This document shows, in pieces, positions 36,609-48,117 of a DNA stretch of 64,000 nt. Below the pieces are notes generated by a model. The model was not told the origin of the DNA, did no database searches, and saw only the letters and a program-made list of their open reading frames with translations. Positions within the stretch are counted from its first letter, which is position 1, and each line of letters starts with the position of its first letter. The position numbers were made by a program, and so were the translations under genes. The stretch comes from Candidatus Alistipes merdavium (GTDB lineage: Bacteria; Bacteroidota; Bacteroidia; Bacteroidales; Rikenellaceae), in the NCBI GenBank assembly GCA_019119845.1, contig DWWF01000002.1, positions 13,374 through 77,373 of the forward strand. Reading direction: 5' to 3'.

Positions 36609-37142
36609 TCAACCCGCGCAGACCGCATCCATCCGCACGTCGTGCGGCTCGACGGGCAGCTCCCCGACCAGCTGGTGGGCAAAGCAGACGCCGACCTTCA
36701 CGGCGTGCATGCCCTCACGCGAGAGGTAGCGGTCGTAGTAGCCGCGGCCGCGCCCCATGCGCTCTCCGGCCGCCGTGAAGGCCACGCCCGGCACGACGAT
36801 GAGGTCGATCTCCGACGCATCGCACGGCACCGCCCCGGGGCCCGGTTCGGCGATGCCGAAGGCCCCCGGCACCAGCGTCGCGGGATCGTACTCGAAGAAC
36901 GCCATCTCCTCGCCCGCGACGCGCGGTAAGACGATCCGCTTCTCACGGCTCCAGCGCGCCAGCACCCCGTCGGTCGGCGGCTCGTCAGGCAGCGAACAGA
37001 ACACCGCCACGCACCGCGCGGCACCGAATGCGGGCAACTCCCCGACTCGGCGGAATATCCGCCCGGCGGCTGCGGCACGCTCTTCGGGAGCCATCTCCCG
37101 GTTCCGCCGTTTCATCGCCCGGCGCAGCTCCTTTTTCTCCAT
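36609..37142 (-). CDS. 5-formyltetrahydrofolate cyclo-ligase
   Basis: K..LRR, DLIVVPGVAF...RMGRGRGYYDR, EPHD motifs. Confidence 0.92.
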   Translation of the reverse strand: MEKKELRRAMKRRNREMAPEERAAAAGRIFRRVGELPAFGAARCVAVFCSLPDEPPTDGVLARWSREKRIVLPRVAGEEMAFFEYDPATLVPGAFGIAEPGPGAVPCDASEIDLIVVPGVAFTAAGERMGRGRGYYDRYLSREGMHAVKVGVCFAHQLVGELPVEPHDVRMDAVCAG

Positions 37143-37260
37143 AAAACCACTCTTTCGGGGCGCAAATTTCCCGCCCTCGCTATTGTTATTCCGCAAACAA
37201 TGGCTATCTTTGCATCGATGAACACAAATCTTTAACAAATATAAACAAATTTAATCCATT

Positions 37261-37965
37261 ATGAGCTGTTTCCTATCCAATTCCTCTCTTGGCAAGAAGT
37301 TAGTGATGAGCGTGACGGGCTGCTTCCTCGTGCTCTTTATCCTCTTCCACATGGCCATGAACGTGACTGCGATCATCTCGCCCGAGGCGTATAACGCAGT
37401 CTGCGCATTCCTGGGGGCAAACTGGTATGCACTGGCCGGTACGGTCGTCCTGGCCCTCGGCGTGCTGATCCACTTCATCTACGCCCTCATCCTCACGCTG
37501 AACAACTACCGCGCACGCGGCACGCAGCGCTACGCCGTCACCGTACAGGAGCCGGGCGTGGCCTGGGCCTCGAAGAACATGCTCGTACTGGGTGTCATCA
37601 TTCTGCTCGGCATGGGGCTGCACCTCTACAACTTCTGGGCGAAGATGCAGCTCGTGGAGATCATGGGCAACCACGTGAACTCGCTGGGTTACAGCCCCAC
37701 GGACGGTGCCGCGCTGATCGCCTACACCTTCTCGCAGTGGTACTACGTCGTTCTCTACCTCATCTGGTTCGCCGCCCTGTGGTTCCACCTCACGCACGGC
37801 GTATGGTCGATGTTCCAGACCGTGGGCTGGGCAAACGACACGTGGTATCCGCGCCTGAAGTGCATCGCGAACGTCGTGGCCACGATCGTCTTCCTGGGCT
37901 TCGCCGCCGTTGTGGTGGTCTATTTCATCAAGAGCGTATGTCCCTGCTGCGCAGGCGCCTGCTAA
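37261..37965 (+). CDS. sdhC: Succinate dehydrogenase/fumarate reductase cytochrome b subunit
   Basis: KKLVMSVTG..L..F..FH, heme His residues; TATCTTTG at 37205-37212. Confidence 0.93.
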   Translation: MSCFLSNSSLGKKLVMSVTGCFLVLFILFHMAMNVTAIISPEAYNAVCAFLGANWYALAGTVVLALGVLIHFIYALILTLNNYRARGTQRYAVTVQEPGVAWASKNMLVLGVIILLGMGLHLYNFWAKMQLVEIMGNHVNSLGYSPTDGAALIAYTFSQWYYVVLYLIWFAALWFHLTHGVWSMFQTVGWANDTWYPRLKCIANVVATIVFLGFAAVVVVYFIKSVCPCCAGAC

Positions 37966-37999
37966 TCCATCATTGTAGAACGATAAACACACAAACGAT

Positions 38000-39946
38000 A
38001 TGGCTTTCAAATTAGATGCTAAAATTCCTGCCGGCGCTCTCGCAGACAAGTGGAGCAACCACAAGGCAGCTATCAAGGTCGTAAGCCCCGCCAACAAGCG
38101 CAAACTCGACATCATCGTCGTCGGAACCGGTCTGGGCGGCGCCTCCGCAGCCGCTTCGCTGGGCGAGCTGGGCTACAACGTCAAGGTCTTCTGCATCCAG
38201 GATTCGCCCCGCCGCGCCCACTCGATCGCCGCGCAGGGTGGTATCAACGCCGCGAAGAACTACCAGAACGACAACGACTCCGTATACCGTCTCTTCTACG
38301 ATACGATCAAGGGCGGCGACTACCGCGCCCGCGAGGCCAACGTCTACCGCCTGGCCGAGGTCTCGAACCTCATCATCGACCAGTGCGTAGCCCAGGGCGT
38401 ACCCTTCGCCCGCGAGTATGGCGGTCTGCTGGCCAACCGTTCGTTCGGCGGTGCACAGGTATCGCGTACCTTCTATGCCCGCGGCCAGACGGGACAGCAG
38501 CTCCTGCTGGGTGCCTACGCCGCACTGAACAAGGAGATCGCCGCCGGCTCGGTCAAGAGCTACCCGCGCCACGAGATGCTCGACATCGTCATCGAGGACG
38601 GCGAGGCCCGCGGTATCATCGCGCGCAACCTCGTCACGGGTGAGATCGAGCGCCACGGCGCCCACGCCGTCGTGCTGGCCACGGGCGGCTACGGCAACGT
38701 CTTCTTCCTCTCGACGAACGCCATGGCCTCGAACGGCTCGGCCGCATTCCAGTGCTACCGCAAGGGTGCCGGCTTCGCCAACCCCTGCTTCACGCAGATC
38801 CACCCGACGTGTATCCCCGTACACGGCGACCAGCAGTCGAAGCTGACCCTCATGTCGGAGTCGCTGCGCAACGACGGCCGCATCTGGGTTCCCAAGAAGC
38901 TCGAGGACGTGAAGGCGCTGCGCGCCGGCACCAAGAAGCCGTCGGACATCGCCGAGGAGGACCGCGACTACTATCTGGAGCGCCGCTACCCGGCCTTCGG
39001 AAACCTCGTGCCGCGTGACGTCGCCTCGCGTGCCGCCAAGGAGCGCTGCGACGCCGGCTACGGCGTGAACGAGACGGGTCTGGCCGTCTTCCTCGACTTC
39101 AAGACCGCCATCGAGCGTCTGGGCAAGGACATCATCAAGCAGCGTTACGGCAACCTCTTCGACATGTACGAGGAGATCACCGACGTGAGCCCCTACGAGC
39201 AGCCGATGCAGATCTTCCCGGCCGTGCACTACACGATGGGCGGTCTGTGGGTCGACTACAACCTGATGACCACGATCCCGGGTCTGTACGCCATCGGCGA
39301 GGCCAACTTCTCGGATCACGGTGCCAACCGTCTGGGTGCCTCGGCCCTGATGCAGGGTCTGGCCGACGGTTACTTCGTCCTGCCCTACACGATCGGCGAC
39401 TACCTCTCGCACAAGATCCAGGCTCCGAAGGTGAAGACCGACACCAAGGCCTTCGACGAGGCCGAGAAGGCCGTGCGCGAGAAGATCGCCAAGCTCTTCG
39501 CCATCAAGGGCAAGCAGTCCGTGGACGACATCCACAAGAAGCTCGGCCACATCATGTGGGAGAACGTCGGCATGGCCCGCACGAAGGCATCCCTCGAGAA
39601 GGCCATCACCGAGATTCAGGCCCTGCGCAAGGAGTTCTGGAAGGACGTGAAGGTTGTAGGCCGCGAAAACGACTTCAATGTCGAGCTCGAAAAGGCAATC
39701 CGTCTGGCCGACTTCCTCGAGCTGGGCGAGCTGATGGCCCGCGACGCACTCCACCGCGAAGAGTCGTGCGGCGGTCACTTCCGCTCGGAGCACCAGACCG
39801 AGGAGGGCGAGGCCAAGCGTGACGACGAAAACTTCGTATATGCCGCCGTCTGGGAGTACAAGGGCATGGACCAGGTTCCCGAGATGACCAAGGAGCCGCT
39901 GAACTTCGAGTTCGTACACCCGGCACAGCGCAACTACAAGGATTAA
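38000..39946 (+). CDS. sdhA: Succinate dehydrogenase/fumarate reductase flavoprotein subunit
   Basis: [45 protein letters not shown]. Confidence 0.96.
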   Translation: MAFKLDAKIPAGALADKWSNHKAAIKVVSPANKRKLDIIVVGTGLGGASAAASLGELGYNVKVFCIQDSPRRAHSIAAQGGINAAKNYQNDNDSVYRLFYDTIKGGDYRAREANVYRLAEVSNLIIDQCVAQGVPFAREYGGLLANRSFGGAQVSRTFYARGQTGQQLLLGAYAALNKEIAAGSVKSYPRHEMLDIVIEDGEARGIIARNLVTGEIERHGAHAVVLATGGYGNVFFLSTNAMASNGSAAFQCYRKGAGFANPCFTQIHPTCIPVHGDQQSKLTLMSESLRNDGRIWVPKKLEDVKALRAGTKKPSDIAEEDRDYYLERRYPAFGNLVPRDVASRAAKERCDAGYGVNETGLAVFLDFKTAIERLGKDIIKQRYGNLFDMYEEITDVSPYEQPMQIFPAVHYTMGGLWVDYNLMTTIPGLYAIGEANFSDHGANRLGASALMQGLADGYFVLPYTIGDYLSHKIQAPKVKTDTKAFDEAEKAVREKIAKLFAIKGKQSVDDIHKKLGHIMWENVGMARTKASLEKAITEIQALRKEFWKDVKVVGRENDFNVELEKAIRLADFLELGELMARDALHREESCGGHFRSEHQTEEGEAKRDDENFVYAAVWEYKGMDQVPEMTKEPLNFEFVHPAQRNYKD

Positions 39947-39985
39947 GGTTTTCTGACGTTCAACATTGACAACAAATTTGGAATT

Positions 39986-40729
39986 ATGAATTTCACATTG
40001 AAGATATGGCGTCAGAAAGACGCCAAAACCAAGGGTGCTTTCGAGACCTACAAGGTTGAAAACATCTCGGCCGACACCTCGTTCCTCGAGATGCTCGACA
40101 TCCTGAACAACAACCTCATCCACGAGGGCAAGGAGCCCGTGGCCTTCGACCACGACTGCCGCGAGGGTATCTGCGGCATGTGCTCGCTGCACATCGACGG
40201 CCATGCCCACGGACCCGGCCAGGGTGCCACGACGTGCCAGATCTACATGCGCAAGTTCAAGGACGGCGCCACGATCACCATCGAGCCGTGGCGTTCGGCC
40301 GCCTTCCCCGTCATCAAGGACCTCGTGGTGAACCGCTCGGCCTACGACCAGATTCTGCAGGCCGGAGGTTTCATCTCGGTGCGCACCAACTCGGTGCCCG
40401 ACGCCAACGCTGTCCTGATCCCGAAGGCCGACGCCGACGAGTCGATGGATGCCGCCGCCTGCATCGGCTGCGGAGCCTGCGCCGCCACCTGCAAGAACGG
40501 TTCTGCCATGCTCTTCGTCGCTGCGCGCGTGTCGTCGCTGGCCAAGCTGCCGCAGGGCCGCGTCGAGGGTGCCCGCCGCGCCAAGGCGATGGTCGCCAAG
40601 ATGGACGAGTTGGGATTCGGTAACTGCACCAACACGGGAGCCTGCCAGGCCGAGTGTCCGAAGCAGATTTCGATCGCCCACATTGCCCGCCTGAACCGCG
40701 AGTTCCTCTCGGCGAAGTTCGAGGATTAA
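39986..40729 (+). CDS. sdhB: Succinate dehydrogenase/fumarate reductase Fe-S subunit
   Basis: [16 protein letters not shown] and C....C...C clusters. Confidence 0.95.
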   Translation: MNFTLKIWRQKDAKTKGAFETYKVENISADTSFLEMLDILNNNLIHEGKEPVAFDHDCREGICGMCSLHIDGHAHGPGQGATTCQIYMRKFKDGATITIEPWRSAAFPVIKDLVVNRSAYDQILQAGGFISVRTNSVPDANAVLIPKADADESMDAAACIGCGACAATCKNGSAMLFVAARVSSLAKLPQGRVEGARRAKAMVAKMDELGFGNCTNTGACQAECPKQISIAHIARLNREFLSAKFED

Positions 40730-40751
40730 TCCGCGCGATACATCCGAAAAG

Positions 40752-40784
40752 GAGAGCCTGCACCGCTATGGTGCAGGCTCTCTT
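40752..40784 (+). terminator. Terminator after sdhB
   Basis: GAGAGCCTGCACC-gctat-GGTGCAGGCTCTC followed by a short U tract. Confidence 0.7.
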
Positions 40785-40895
40785 CATGTATACGGACAGG
40801 AGTGATGAACACGTTCTCGTTCAGTTTATTGTATCCTCCATATTTTTGTTTAATCAAAAAATCACTATATTTGTTTCACACCAAAAACTTAAATT

Positions 40896-42872
40896 ATGAG
40901 AAGCTTGATTTTGGGAGTGCTTGCCTTCACTCTAATTCTGCCATTTACGGCAACCGGTCAGCATAGCGATAAAAGCAACAGAGTTTTTTGGGATGGCGGA
41001 ACAATACCGGACAACAGGTTCCGGGAATATGTATTGATCAATTTTGACACAGACCATAACGGAACCATAGACCAGACTGAAGCTGATGCTGTTACTGAAA
41101 TGCGTCTTAATCCGTTAGTCATAAATGAAGACAAGACAAAACCGGAAATTACTTCTCTGCAGGGGATAAGTTATTTTCAGAATCTTGAAACCTTAATGCT
41201 TACGAGCAATGAAATCAAACTTACAGACTTATCATATCTCTCACAGAACGGTAAGCTTAAACAGCTTGCTATCGATAATTCGGAGCTGTTAACCCAGCTC
41301 GACCTTTCCGTTGTTCCAACATTAGAAAGGTTTATCTACACCGGGACAAAACTCAAATCTTTAATTCTGGATAATCCGGAGTTGAAAGAAGCATATTTGT
41401 ACAACGATGATTGGAAAGGAGAAGGGCATAGCGGTCTTACTCAACTTGATTTTTCCGCACGCACCACAAATTTGGAGACACTGGATATCAGCGATAATTT
41501 CATTACCAAGATAGATCTCTCCCATTTAGTGAATTTGAAAAAGGTTTCCATTTCCTGCAAAAATCTTTCATCTCTAAATCTTCCGGCCAGTCTGAAGTTG
41601 ACCGAATTAGCGTATTGGGGCAAAACGAAGTTTCCGGGAAATCTTGCCGATTTCCCGAATCTAACACGACTTTCCATTAGAGGTGTGGAAACGCCTTTGG
41701 ATTTATCCAAGAACTCCAAACTGAAAGATCTGGACTGTTCATACAACGGACTGACGAGACTCGATGTGTCCGTTCTTCCCGATTTGGAGAAGCTGGTGTG
41801 TGATGGGAACGAACTTGTATCTTTGGATTTATCCAGGAATCCCAGGCTGAAAGAGTTGGAGTGTTCAAATAACAAATTACCGGAACTCGACGTGTCGGCT
41901 CTTCCCGATTTGGAGAAATTAAAATGCAAGTGGAATGCCATTACATCTTTAGACCTGTCCCAAACTACCAAACTGGTAGAATTAGACTGTTCAAATAACA
42001 AATTGACGAGCCTCGATATCTCACGCTGTCCAGCAATCAAAGATGTAAGATTAGGCTTCAATAATTTGACAGAATTCAATTTTTCGCATACAGAACTGGA
42101 GAACCTCAATAGCCGGGGAGCCTTCAAATCATCAAATCTGACTTTCTACGACGGAAATGCTATAGCAGACTATATGATAGACTGTTGGGTGTTTACCGGA
42201 GCTGCAGAGCCCAAACAGATCGACGGAGAGGCCAACAGAAACCTGCTTCAGTCAATACGGGATTACAAAAGAGATATCGCCGCCAAAGAACATGTTGCAG
42301 CCGAAGAACAACGAGCCAAGGCTCATCGTATGGCCGCAGAATATAAAAGGCAGATTATGCCATACATAACAAGCAACGACTGGAATGAGGCGGACAAAAT
42401 CGCAGCCGAGGCACTCTACAACCTGCCGGAAGGAGATGCCTTTCTCTACTATGTCAGAGCAAAGGCGTATTATCTGAACAATCTCGACTTTGAGGTGGAG
42501 GATAGCGAAAATATGACCGATTATTTCAAGGCATACCGCAGAGAGGCGGAACATTTGGCTGAACTCTGCCGTAAATCCATCACATGCGACCCATCTGACG
42601 GCAATGAAGCCTATTTTTACAGAGGGCTCGCATATATCGTGTTAGGAAGGGCTAATGACGCAGCAAATGACTTTATGCGATGTGCGAGAGGAAACGAATC
42701 TATCAAAGCAGTCTGTTACTACAATATAGGCATAGCATATAAAAATGCCGGGCGGTACAATGCGGCTCTCGATCAATTCAAAAATGCCCGCCAATACTTT
42801 TCCGATGCAGACAATAAAGAACGGTGCCTCAGAAAGATAAAAGAGTGCCAGCAAAAGATTAGCGGCAAATAA
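40896..42872 (+). CDS. Low-GC secreted leucine-rich-repeat protein with C-terminal TPR domain
   Basis: Signal peptide; IPDNRFREYVLINFDTDHNGTIDQTEA cap; LxxLxCxxNxLxxLDLS repeats; TPR (AYFYRGLAY, YYNIGIAY..AGRY..A); TATATTTG at 40866-40873. Confidence 0.85.
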   Translation: MRSLILGVLAFTLILPFTATGQHSDKSNRVFWDGGTIPDNRFREYVLINFDTDHNGTIDQTEADAVTEMRLNPLVINEDKTKPEITSLQGISYFQNLETLMLTSNEIKLTDLSYLSQNGKLKQLAIDNSELLTQLDLSVVPTLERFIYTGTKLKSLILDNPELKEAYLYNDDWKGEGHSGLTQLDFSARTTNLETLDISDNFITKIDLSHLVNLKKVSISCKNLSSLNLPASLKLTELAYWGKTKFPGNLADFPNLTRLSIRGVETPLDLSKNSKLKDLDCSYNGLTRLDVSVLPDLEKLVCDGNELVSLDLSRNPRLKELECSNNKLPELDVSALPDLEKLKCKWNAITSLDLSQTTKLVELDCSNNKLTSLDISRCPAIKDVRLGFNNLTEFNFSHTELENLNSRGAFKSSNLTFYDGNAIADYMIDCWVFTGAAEPKQIDGEANRNLLQSIRDYKRDIAAKEHVAAEEQRAKAHRMAAEYKRQIMPYITSNDWNEADKIAAEALYNLPEGDAFLYYVRAKAYYLNNLDFEVEDSENMTDYFKAYRREAEHLAELCRKSITCDPSDGNEAYFYRGLAYIVLGRANDAANDFMRCARGNESIKAVCYYNIGIAYKNAGRYNAALDQFKNARQYFSDADNKERCLRKIKECQQKISGK

Positions 42873-42900
42873 GGAGAAAAACAATTTGCAGAACCAGTCA

Positions 42901-42933
42901 AAAACCGGGGAGCCATAATGGTTCCCCGGTTTT
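42901..42933. terminator. Terminator between the LRR gene and transaldolase
   Basis: AAAACCGGGGAGCCA-taa-TGGTTCCCCGGTTTT. Confidence 0.8.
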
Positions 42934-43004
42934 CTGCAATAAAAAATAGCTCTATCAAGTTCCGCCCTCTACGGTTCCGCTACACGCGCCTTCCGCTCCG
43001 GGCG

Positions 43005-43661
43005 CTACCCGTTCACGCGGGCGTGGTCGGCAAGGAACTGCGCCAGTCCGCTGTCGGTGAGCGGGTGTTTCAACAGCCCCTTGATCGCCGAGAGCGGGCA
43101 GGTGGCGACATCCGCCCCGGCATCGAGGCACTGGATGATGTGGTGCGTATGGCGGATTGACGCGGCGAGCACCTGCGTGCGGAAGCCGTAGGTGCGGTAG
43201 ACCCGCACGATGTGGGCCACCAGTCCGATGCCGTCCTCCGAAATGTCGTCCAGGCGTCCGACGAAGGGCGAGACGTAGGTCGCACCCGCCTTGGCTGCGA
43301 GCAGCGCCTGCCCGACGGAGAAGACCAGCGTGCAGTTGGTCCTAACGCCCCGCTGGGCAAAATACTTCACGGCGCGGATACCGTCGGCCGTGCAGGGGAG
43401 CTTGACGACGATCTGCGGATGGAGCGCCGCCAGTTCGGTGCCCTCGCGGACCATGCCGTCGAAATCCGTTGCGATCACCTCGGCGCTCACGTCGCCCTTG
43501 ACCAGGTTGCAGATCTCGACATAGTGGCGGCGGCAGGCCTCCTCGCCGCGGATGTTCTCCTTGGCCATAAGCGAAGGGTTGGTCGTCACACCGTCGAGCA
43601 CGCCCATTTCACACGCCTCGCGAATCTGGGCCAGATTCGCCGTGTCCAGAAAGAATTTCAT
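43005..43661 (-). CDS. tal: Transaldolase / fructose-6-phosphate aldolase (TalC/Fsa type)
   Basis: MKFFLDTAN, GVTTNPSL, VVKLP, YVSPFVGRLDD. Confidence 0.92.
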   Translation of the reverse strand: MKFFLDTANLAQIREACEMGVLDGVTTNPSLMAKENIRGEEACRRHYVEICNLVKGDVSAEVIATDFDGMVREGTELAALHPQIVVKLPCTADGIRAVKYFAQRGVRTNCTLVFSVGQALLAAKAGATYVSPFVGRLDDISEDGIGLVAHIVRVYRTYGFRTQVLAASIRHTHHIIQCLDAGADVATCPLSAIKGLLKHPLTDSGLAQFLADHARVNG

Positions 43662-43768
43662 GTCAGTAGCAGGGTTTGGTTTCTGAAAGATACGAAAAAA
43701 GTGCGACCCCGCCAACGCGGAGCCGCACAAATAATTTGCCTGCGCCACCGGCCGCCCCGGCGCAGCGG

Positions 43769-44770
43769 TCAGAAGAGATACTTCTCGTTGCGGACCTTGT
43801 TGACCAGGCGGAAGATGTCCGACCAGGCCTCCTCACCGAAGGTCGTGCCGACGACCTCGATCACCTTGCCCGCCGTGATGGCGCCGATCGTGCCGCACTG
43901 CCGCAGCGTCAGCCCCTCGCAGAGGCCCGCCATGAAGCCCGCAGCGTAGAAGTCGCCCGCACCCGTCGTGTCGACGCGTTTGGCGGCGGCCATGATGCCG
44001 ACGTGCACCACCTCGTTGCCCTGCTTGATGAGCGCCCCCTTGATGCCGATCTTCACGACGGCCAGATCGACCATCTCCGAGATGGCCTGCAGGGCGTTGA
44101 GCGGCTCGGCCTCGCACGTGAAGGTCTTGGCCTCGTCCTCGTTGGCAAAGACGATGTCGACGCTCTCGCGCACGAGCGTGCGCAGGAACTCGAGGTTCTC
44201 GGCCACGATGTTGAAGCTCGCCAGGTCGATGGCCACCTTCAGTCCGCACTCCTTGGCCGTGCGGGCGGCCTTGCGGATCAGGTCGTGGTTCTGCACCAGG
44301 TAGCCCTCGACGTAGAGGCAGTCATACCCCTCGAAGATCGCGGGGTCGATCTCCTGGGCCCCGAGCTCCAGCGCCGCACCGAGGTGCGTGATCATCGTGC
44401 GCTCGCCGTCGGGCGAGATGAGCGACACGCACTTGCCCGAACGCTCCGCACCGCGGAAGATCACCGGTTCGACACCCAGATTCTCAAGCGCCTGAATGAA
44501 GAAGTCGCCCGTCGTGTCGGGACCGACCTTGCCGATGAAGCCGACGCTGCACCCCAGGCGGGCCATGGCGCGGATCGTATTGCCCGCCGAGCCGCCGAGC
44601 GACAGCGAGTAGGGCAGTCCCGCCACGGATTTCGAGATTTCGGTCTGGAGTTTGGTGTCCACGAGGCTCATCGAGCCCTTGGCGAGCTTGAACCGCCCCA
44701 GCACGGAGTCGGTCTTCAGGTTGACCAGCATGTCGGTCAGGGCATTGCCGATGCCTATTACGCGTTTCAT
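43769..44770 (-). CDS. PfkB/adenosine kinase family carbohydrate kinase
   Basis: GGSAGNT, FANEDEA, DTTGAGD motifs. Confidence 0.9.
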   Translation of the reverse strand: MKRVIGIGNALTDMLVNLKTDSVLGRFKLAKGSMSLVDTKLQTEISKSVAGLPYSLSLGGSAGNTIRAMARLGCSVGFIGKVGPDTTGDFFIQALENLGVEPVIFRGAERSGKCVSLISPDGERTMITHLGAALELGAQEIDPAIFEGYDCLYVEGYLVQNHDLIRKAARTAKECGLKVAIDLASFNIVAENLEFLRTLVRESVDIVFANEDEAKTFTCEAEPLNALQAISEMVDLAVVKIGIKGALIKQGNEVVHVGIMAAAKRVDTTGAGDFYAAGFMAGLCEGLTLRQCGTIGAITAGKVIEVVGTTFGEEAWSDIFRLVNKVRNEKYLF

Positions 44771-44801
44771 TCGCTTAAGTCCGGGTTATTTTTTCAGGTT
44801 G

Positions 44802-45782
44802 CTATATCGAGAGGATCTTCACCAGGTCGATGTCCGCCCGGTTGATGCCCTTGTTGTGACGCACGGCCTTGGCGAAGGGCACGTAGACGATCTTGCCGTT
44901 CTCGATGCCGATCATCACGTTGCGCTGTCCGTCGAGGATCGCCTCGATGGCCGCCTCGCCCATGCGCGAAGCCAGGATGCGGTCGATGGCCGTCGGCGAG
45001 CCGCCGCGCTGGATGTGGCCCAGGATCGTGACCCGCGCGTCGTACTGCGGGAACTCCTTCTTCACGCGCTCGGCCAGCGCCGTGGCGCCGCCCGTCTTGG
45101 GATTCTCGGCCACGATGACGATCGCCGAGTTCTTGCTCTTGCGGAAACCGTGGTTGATGAGTTCGGCCAGCTGGTCGACCTCGGTCTCCATCTCGGGGAT
45201 GATCGCCGCCTCGGAGCCCGTCGCCAGCGCGCTGTTGAGCGCCAGGTAGCCGGCCGTGTGGCCCATCACCTCGACGAAGAAGAGCCGCTCGTGGCTCGAT
45301 GCCGTGTCGCGCAGCTTGTCGACCGCCTGCACGATCGTATTGAGCGCCGTATCGTATCCGATCGTCGAATCCGTACCGCCCAGGTCGTTGTCGATCGTTC
45401 CGGGCAGCCCCACGATCGGCACGTTGTACTCCTCGGCAAAGATGCCGGCTCCGGTCAGCGAGCCGTCACCGCCGATCACCACCAGCGCGTCGATCCCCGC
45501 CGCCGTCATGTTCTCGTAAGCCGTCTTGCGGCCTTCCGCGGTCATGAACTCCTTGCAGCGGGCCGTCTTGAGGATCGTACCGCCCAGCTGGATGATGTTG
45601 CTCACACTCTGGGACTTGAATTCCACGATCTCGTTGAACACCAGTCCCTTGTACCCACGCATGATTCCCTTCACGGCGAACCCGTTGTAGATTGCGCTGC
45701 GGGTCACCGCGCGAATTGCCGCATTCATGCCCGGCGCGTCGCCGCCCGAGGTCAGAATGCCGATGCATTTGATTCCGGCCAT
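44802..45782 (-). CDS. pfkA: ATP-dependent 6-phosphofructokinase
   Basis: [35 protein letters not shown]. Confidence 0.96.
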   Translation of the reverse strand: MAGIKCIGILTSGGDAPGMNAAIRAVTRSAIYNGFAVKGIMRGYKGLVFNEIVEFKSQSVSNIIQLGGTILKTARCKEFMTAEGRKTAYENMTAAGIDALVVIGGDGSLTGAGIFAEEYNVPIVGLPGTIDNDLGGTDSTIGYDTALNTIVQAVDKLRDTASSHERLFFVEVMGHTAGYLALNSALATGSEAAIIPEMETEVDQLAELINHGFRKSKNSAIVIVAENPKTGGATALAERVKKEFPQYDARVTILGHIQRGGSPTAIDRILASRMGEAAIEAILDGQRNVMIGIENGKIVYVPFAKAVRHNKGINRADIDLVKILSI

Positions 45783-45943
45783 ACTCTCATTATTAAAAAC
45801 AAAACCGCCCAAAGGTAGTAATTTATTTACTTATTTCAAAAGAACGCAGGCGGTACCTTTCGGCCCGCCCGCATCCGGAAACTTTTTATTTTAAAATCCT
45901 GCGGTCCTCACGGCAGCTGACGCTGCGCGACCGCCACACCCGT

Positions 45944-47272
45944 TCACTGCAACGTATCCGCGGAGGCCCCGCCCGAATGCACGGCGTCGATCTGCACGGC
46001 GCCCTCCTCCGATCCGATGCGGATGCGCGCCGATTCTCCCGTCACGGAGTCCGCGCCCGCGACCTCCATCCGTCCGCGCCCCTTGTCGACGGTGATGTCG
46101 ATCGACCGCGACGGCACGCTGATGTGGAGCGTTTTGCGGCCCTCCTCGATGACCGACTCGTCGTCGTACTCCTCGAGCAGCTTCTCGAGCGTCATGAGCC
46201 GCCCGTCGACGTTCACCTCGGTGTTCTCCAGCACCCGTTCGAGCGTGATGCGTCTGTGGCGGAACTTCTCGCCGACATCTTCGCGGATGGCGATCACCGA
46301 GCAGGCGACGACCGAAGCGAGCCACAGCAGGAAGATGACCAGCACGGTGCGCCCTCCGGGCTTGCGCGAGGCGATCAGGCACATGAGCACGTAGATGAGC
46401 AGCATCACCGGGATGAATACAATTAATATGCCCAACATCGGAACCCAGAGCGAAAAGTCCTCGAACTTGCCCAGGTGGGCATACTCGGGGCCGCCGATCA
46501 GCAGGGCGAACATGCCGATAATCAGGGCGCAGGCGCAGAGGATGAGTCCGAAGACGATCGCCCCGGCCAGGATCTTCAGCAGGATGAGCACCACCTTGCC
46601 GAAGAGCGAGACGGCCTCGGCGACGATGGGTTTGGCGCGCGCGTCGGGATCGCAGCCCGCGGCAGCCGTCGTCACCTCGCCGATCGACTGCGCGGTGATG
46701 CGCTCGCCGTTCATCTCGAGCTTTTGCCGGGCCGTGCGAGCCGCCGGCACAGCGAACCACATGATCAGGTAGCAGATCACGAAGATACCGAACAGGTTGC
46801 CCATCATCGGGCCGGTCCAGTGCAGGAAGGGCACCGCTCCGAAGCAGGAGAGGATCAGCGGCAGGAACATTGCCAACCGCACCCACACGGGGTCGATGTC
46901 AAAATACCGGCCGATGCCGGCGCAGACGCCGCTCAGCTTGGCGTTCTCCGTGTCGCGGTACAGCCGGCGCGGGATGCGCGGCTCCTCGCGGCGTTCCGAC
47001 CCGTCGGCGCTCTCCTCGGAGATGTCCTCGGCCGAGCCCATCTGCCGGATGATGTTCAGGATCAGCGGTTTTTCGACGACTTTCGTGTTGTCCTGCGCCG
47101 AGAGGATCAGCTCCGCGATGCGGGCCTCGATGTCGGCGACGATCTCCGCGCCGTCGGGCGAATCCTTATAGGTATTCTTGAGGCTCTCCAGGTAGGCCGA
47201 CAGGGCTTCGTAAGCCTCGACGTCCATCGTGAACGCCACCCCGGAAAGGCTGCATTTCTTCACTTCGTTCAT
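45944..47272 (-). CDS. PspC-domain membrane protein (long form)
   Basis: RRLYRD....LSGVCAGIGRYF PspC motif preceded by a DIE.RIAEL helical domain. Confidence 0.85.
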   Translation of the reverse strand: MNEVKKCSLSGVAFTMDVEAYEALSAYLESLKNTYKDSPDGAEIVADIEARIAELILSAQDNTKVVEKPLILNIIRQMGSAEDISEESADGSERREEPRIPRRLYRDTENAKLSGVCAGIGRYFDIDPVWVRLAMFLPLILSCFGAVPFLHWTGPMMGNLFGIFVICYLIMWFAVPAARTARQKLEMNGERITAQSIGEVTTAAAGCDPDARAKPIVAEAVSLFGKVVLILLKILAGAIVFGLILCACALIIGMFALLIGGPEYAHLGKFEDFSLWVPMLGILIVFIPVMLLIYVLMCLIASRKPGGRTVLVIFLLWLASVVACSVIAIREDVGEKFRHRRITLERVLENTEVNVDGRLMTLEKLLEEYDDESVIEEGRKTLHISVPSRSIDITVDKGRGRMEVAGADSVTGESARIRIGSEEGAVQIDAVHSGGASADTLQ

Positions 47273-47284
47273 GGTCGTAACGGA

Positions 47285-48094
47285 TTAACGGTTAATGGAA
47301 TGTACGCTGCCGCCGCTCGAGTGCTGCGCCTCCACCTTGCACTCTCCGCTGTAGGAGATGTCCGCGCCGCTCGAAGCCGAGGCCCGGAGCGTGTCGGTGC
47401 AGTGCACGTCGGCCGAAGCGCCGCTCGAAGCGTCGACCAGGCCGTGGGCGACGACCAGACGCCCGGCATCGAAATTCGCCGCGGAGCTGACATCCACCTC
47501 ACACCACCGGCTCCGGCCCGAGAGTCGGGCCTTCGCGGCACTCGACAGGTCGGCCGTGCAGCTGTCCGCCTCGAGGGCTGCCACCAGCTCGCCCGCACTC
47601 GAAACATCGATTCGGCATTGCGTCGCCTTCAGCGCCACATCGATCTGCGCGGCGCTCGACACGTCGATCAGGAATTCATAGGCCTCCAGCGCCGTTTCGC
47701 AGATGATCTGCGCGGCACTCGAGGCATCCAGGGCGCGGATCTCCCCGTTGGCCGGCACCCGCACCGTCACGCTGTGGTCCGAGATGCGGCGCACCGACTT
47801 GTCGATGCCGACAAACAGCGTTCCGCGACGGCTCTCGACCAGCACCTTCTCCATCACGTTGTCGTCGGCCTCGATGACGATCTCATCCGTCAGGGCGTCC
47901 GTGACGATCACCTTGACGGCGCGCGAGGCGTCGATGGCGGCGAAGTCCGGCGCTTCGATCCGTTTCGTGACGATATTGCCGCTGCCGCGGAGGCGTCCGG
48001 CGGCAAAGAGGTTCGTGGCGGTGATGCCGGCAATGCCGAAGAGCACGCCAGCGGCAAGCAGGCAGGCAAAAAGGACGATTAAAATTCTTTTCAT
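47285..48094 (-). CDS. DUF2807 (GIN/head) domain protein
   Basis: GSGNIVT start, SSAA beta-helix repeats, ASSGADISYSG. Confidence 0.85.
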   Translation of the reverse strand: MKRILIVLFACLLAAGVLFGIAGITATNLFAAGRLRGSGNIVTKRIEAPDFAAIDASRAVKVIVTDALTDEIVIEADDNVMEKVLVESRRGTLFVGIDKSVRRISDHSVTVRVPANGEIRALDASSAAQIICETALEAYEFLIDVSSAAQIDVALKATQCRIDVSSAGELVAALEADSCTADLSSAAKARLSGRSRWCEVDVSSAANFDAGRLVVAHGLVDASSGASADVHCTDTLRASASSGADISYSGECKVEAQHSSGGSVHSINR

Positions 48095-48117
48095 GGCGTA
48101 TGGTTCTTTTTTGAGGG

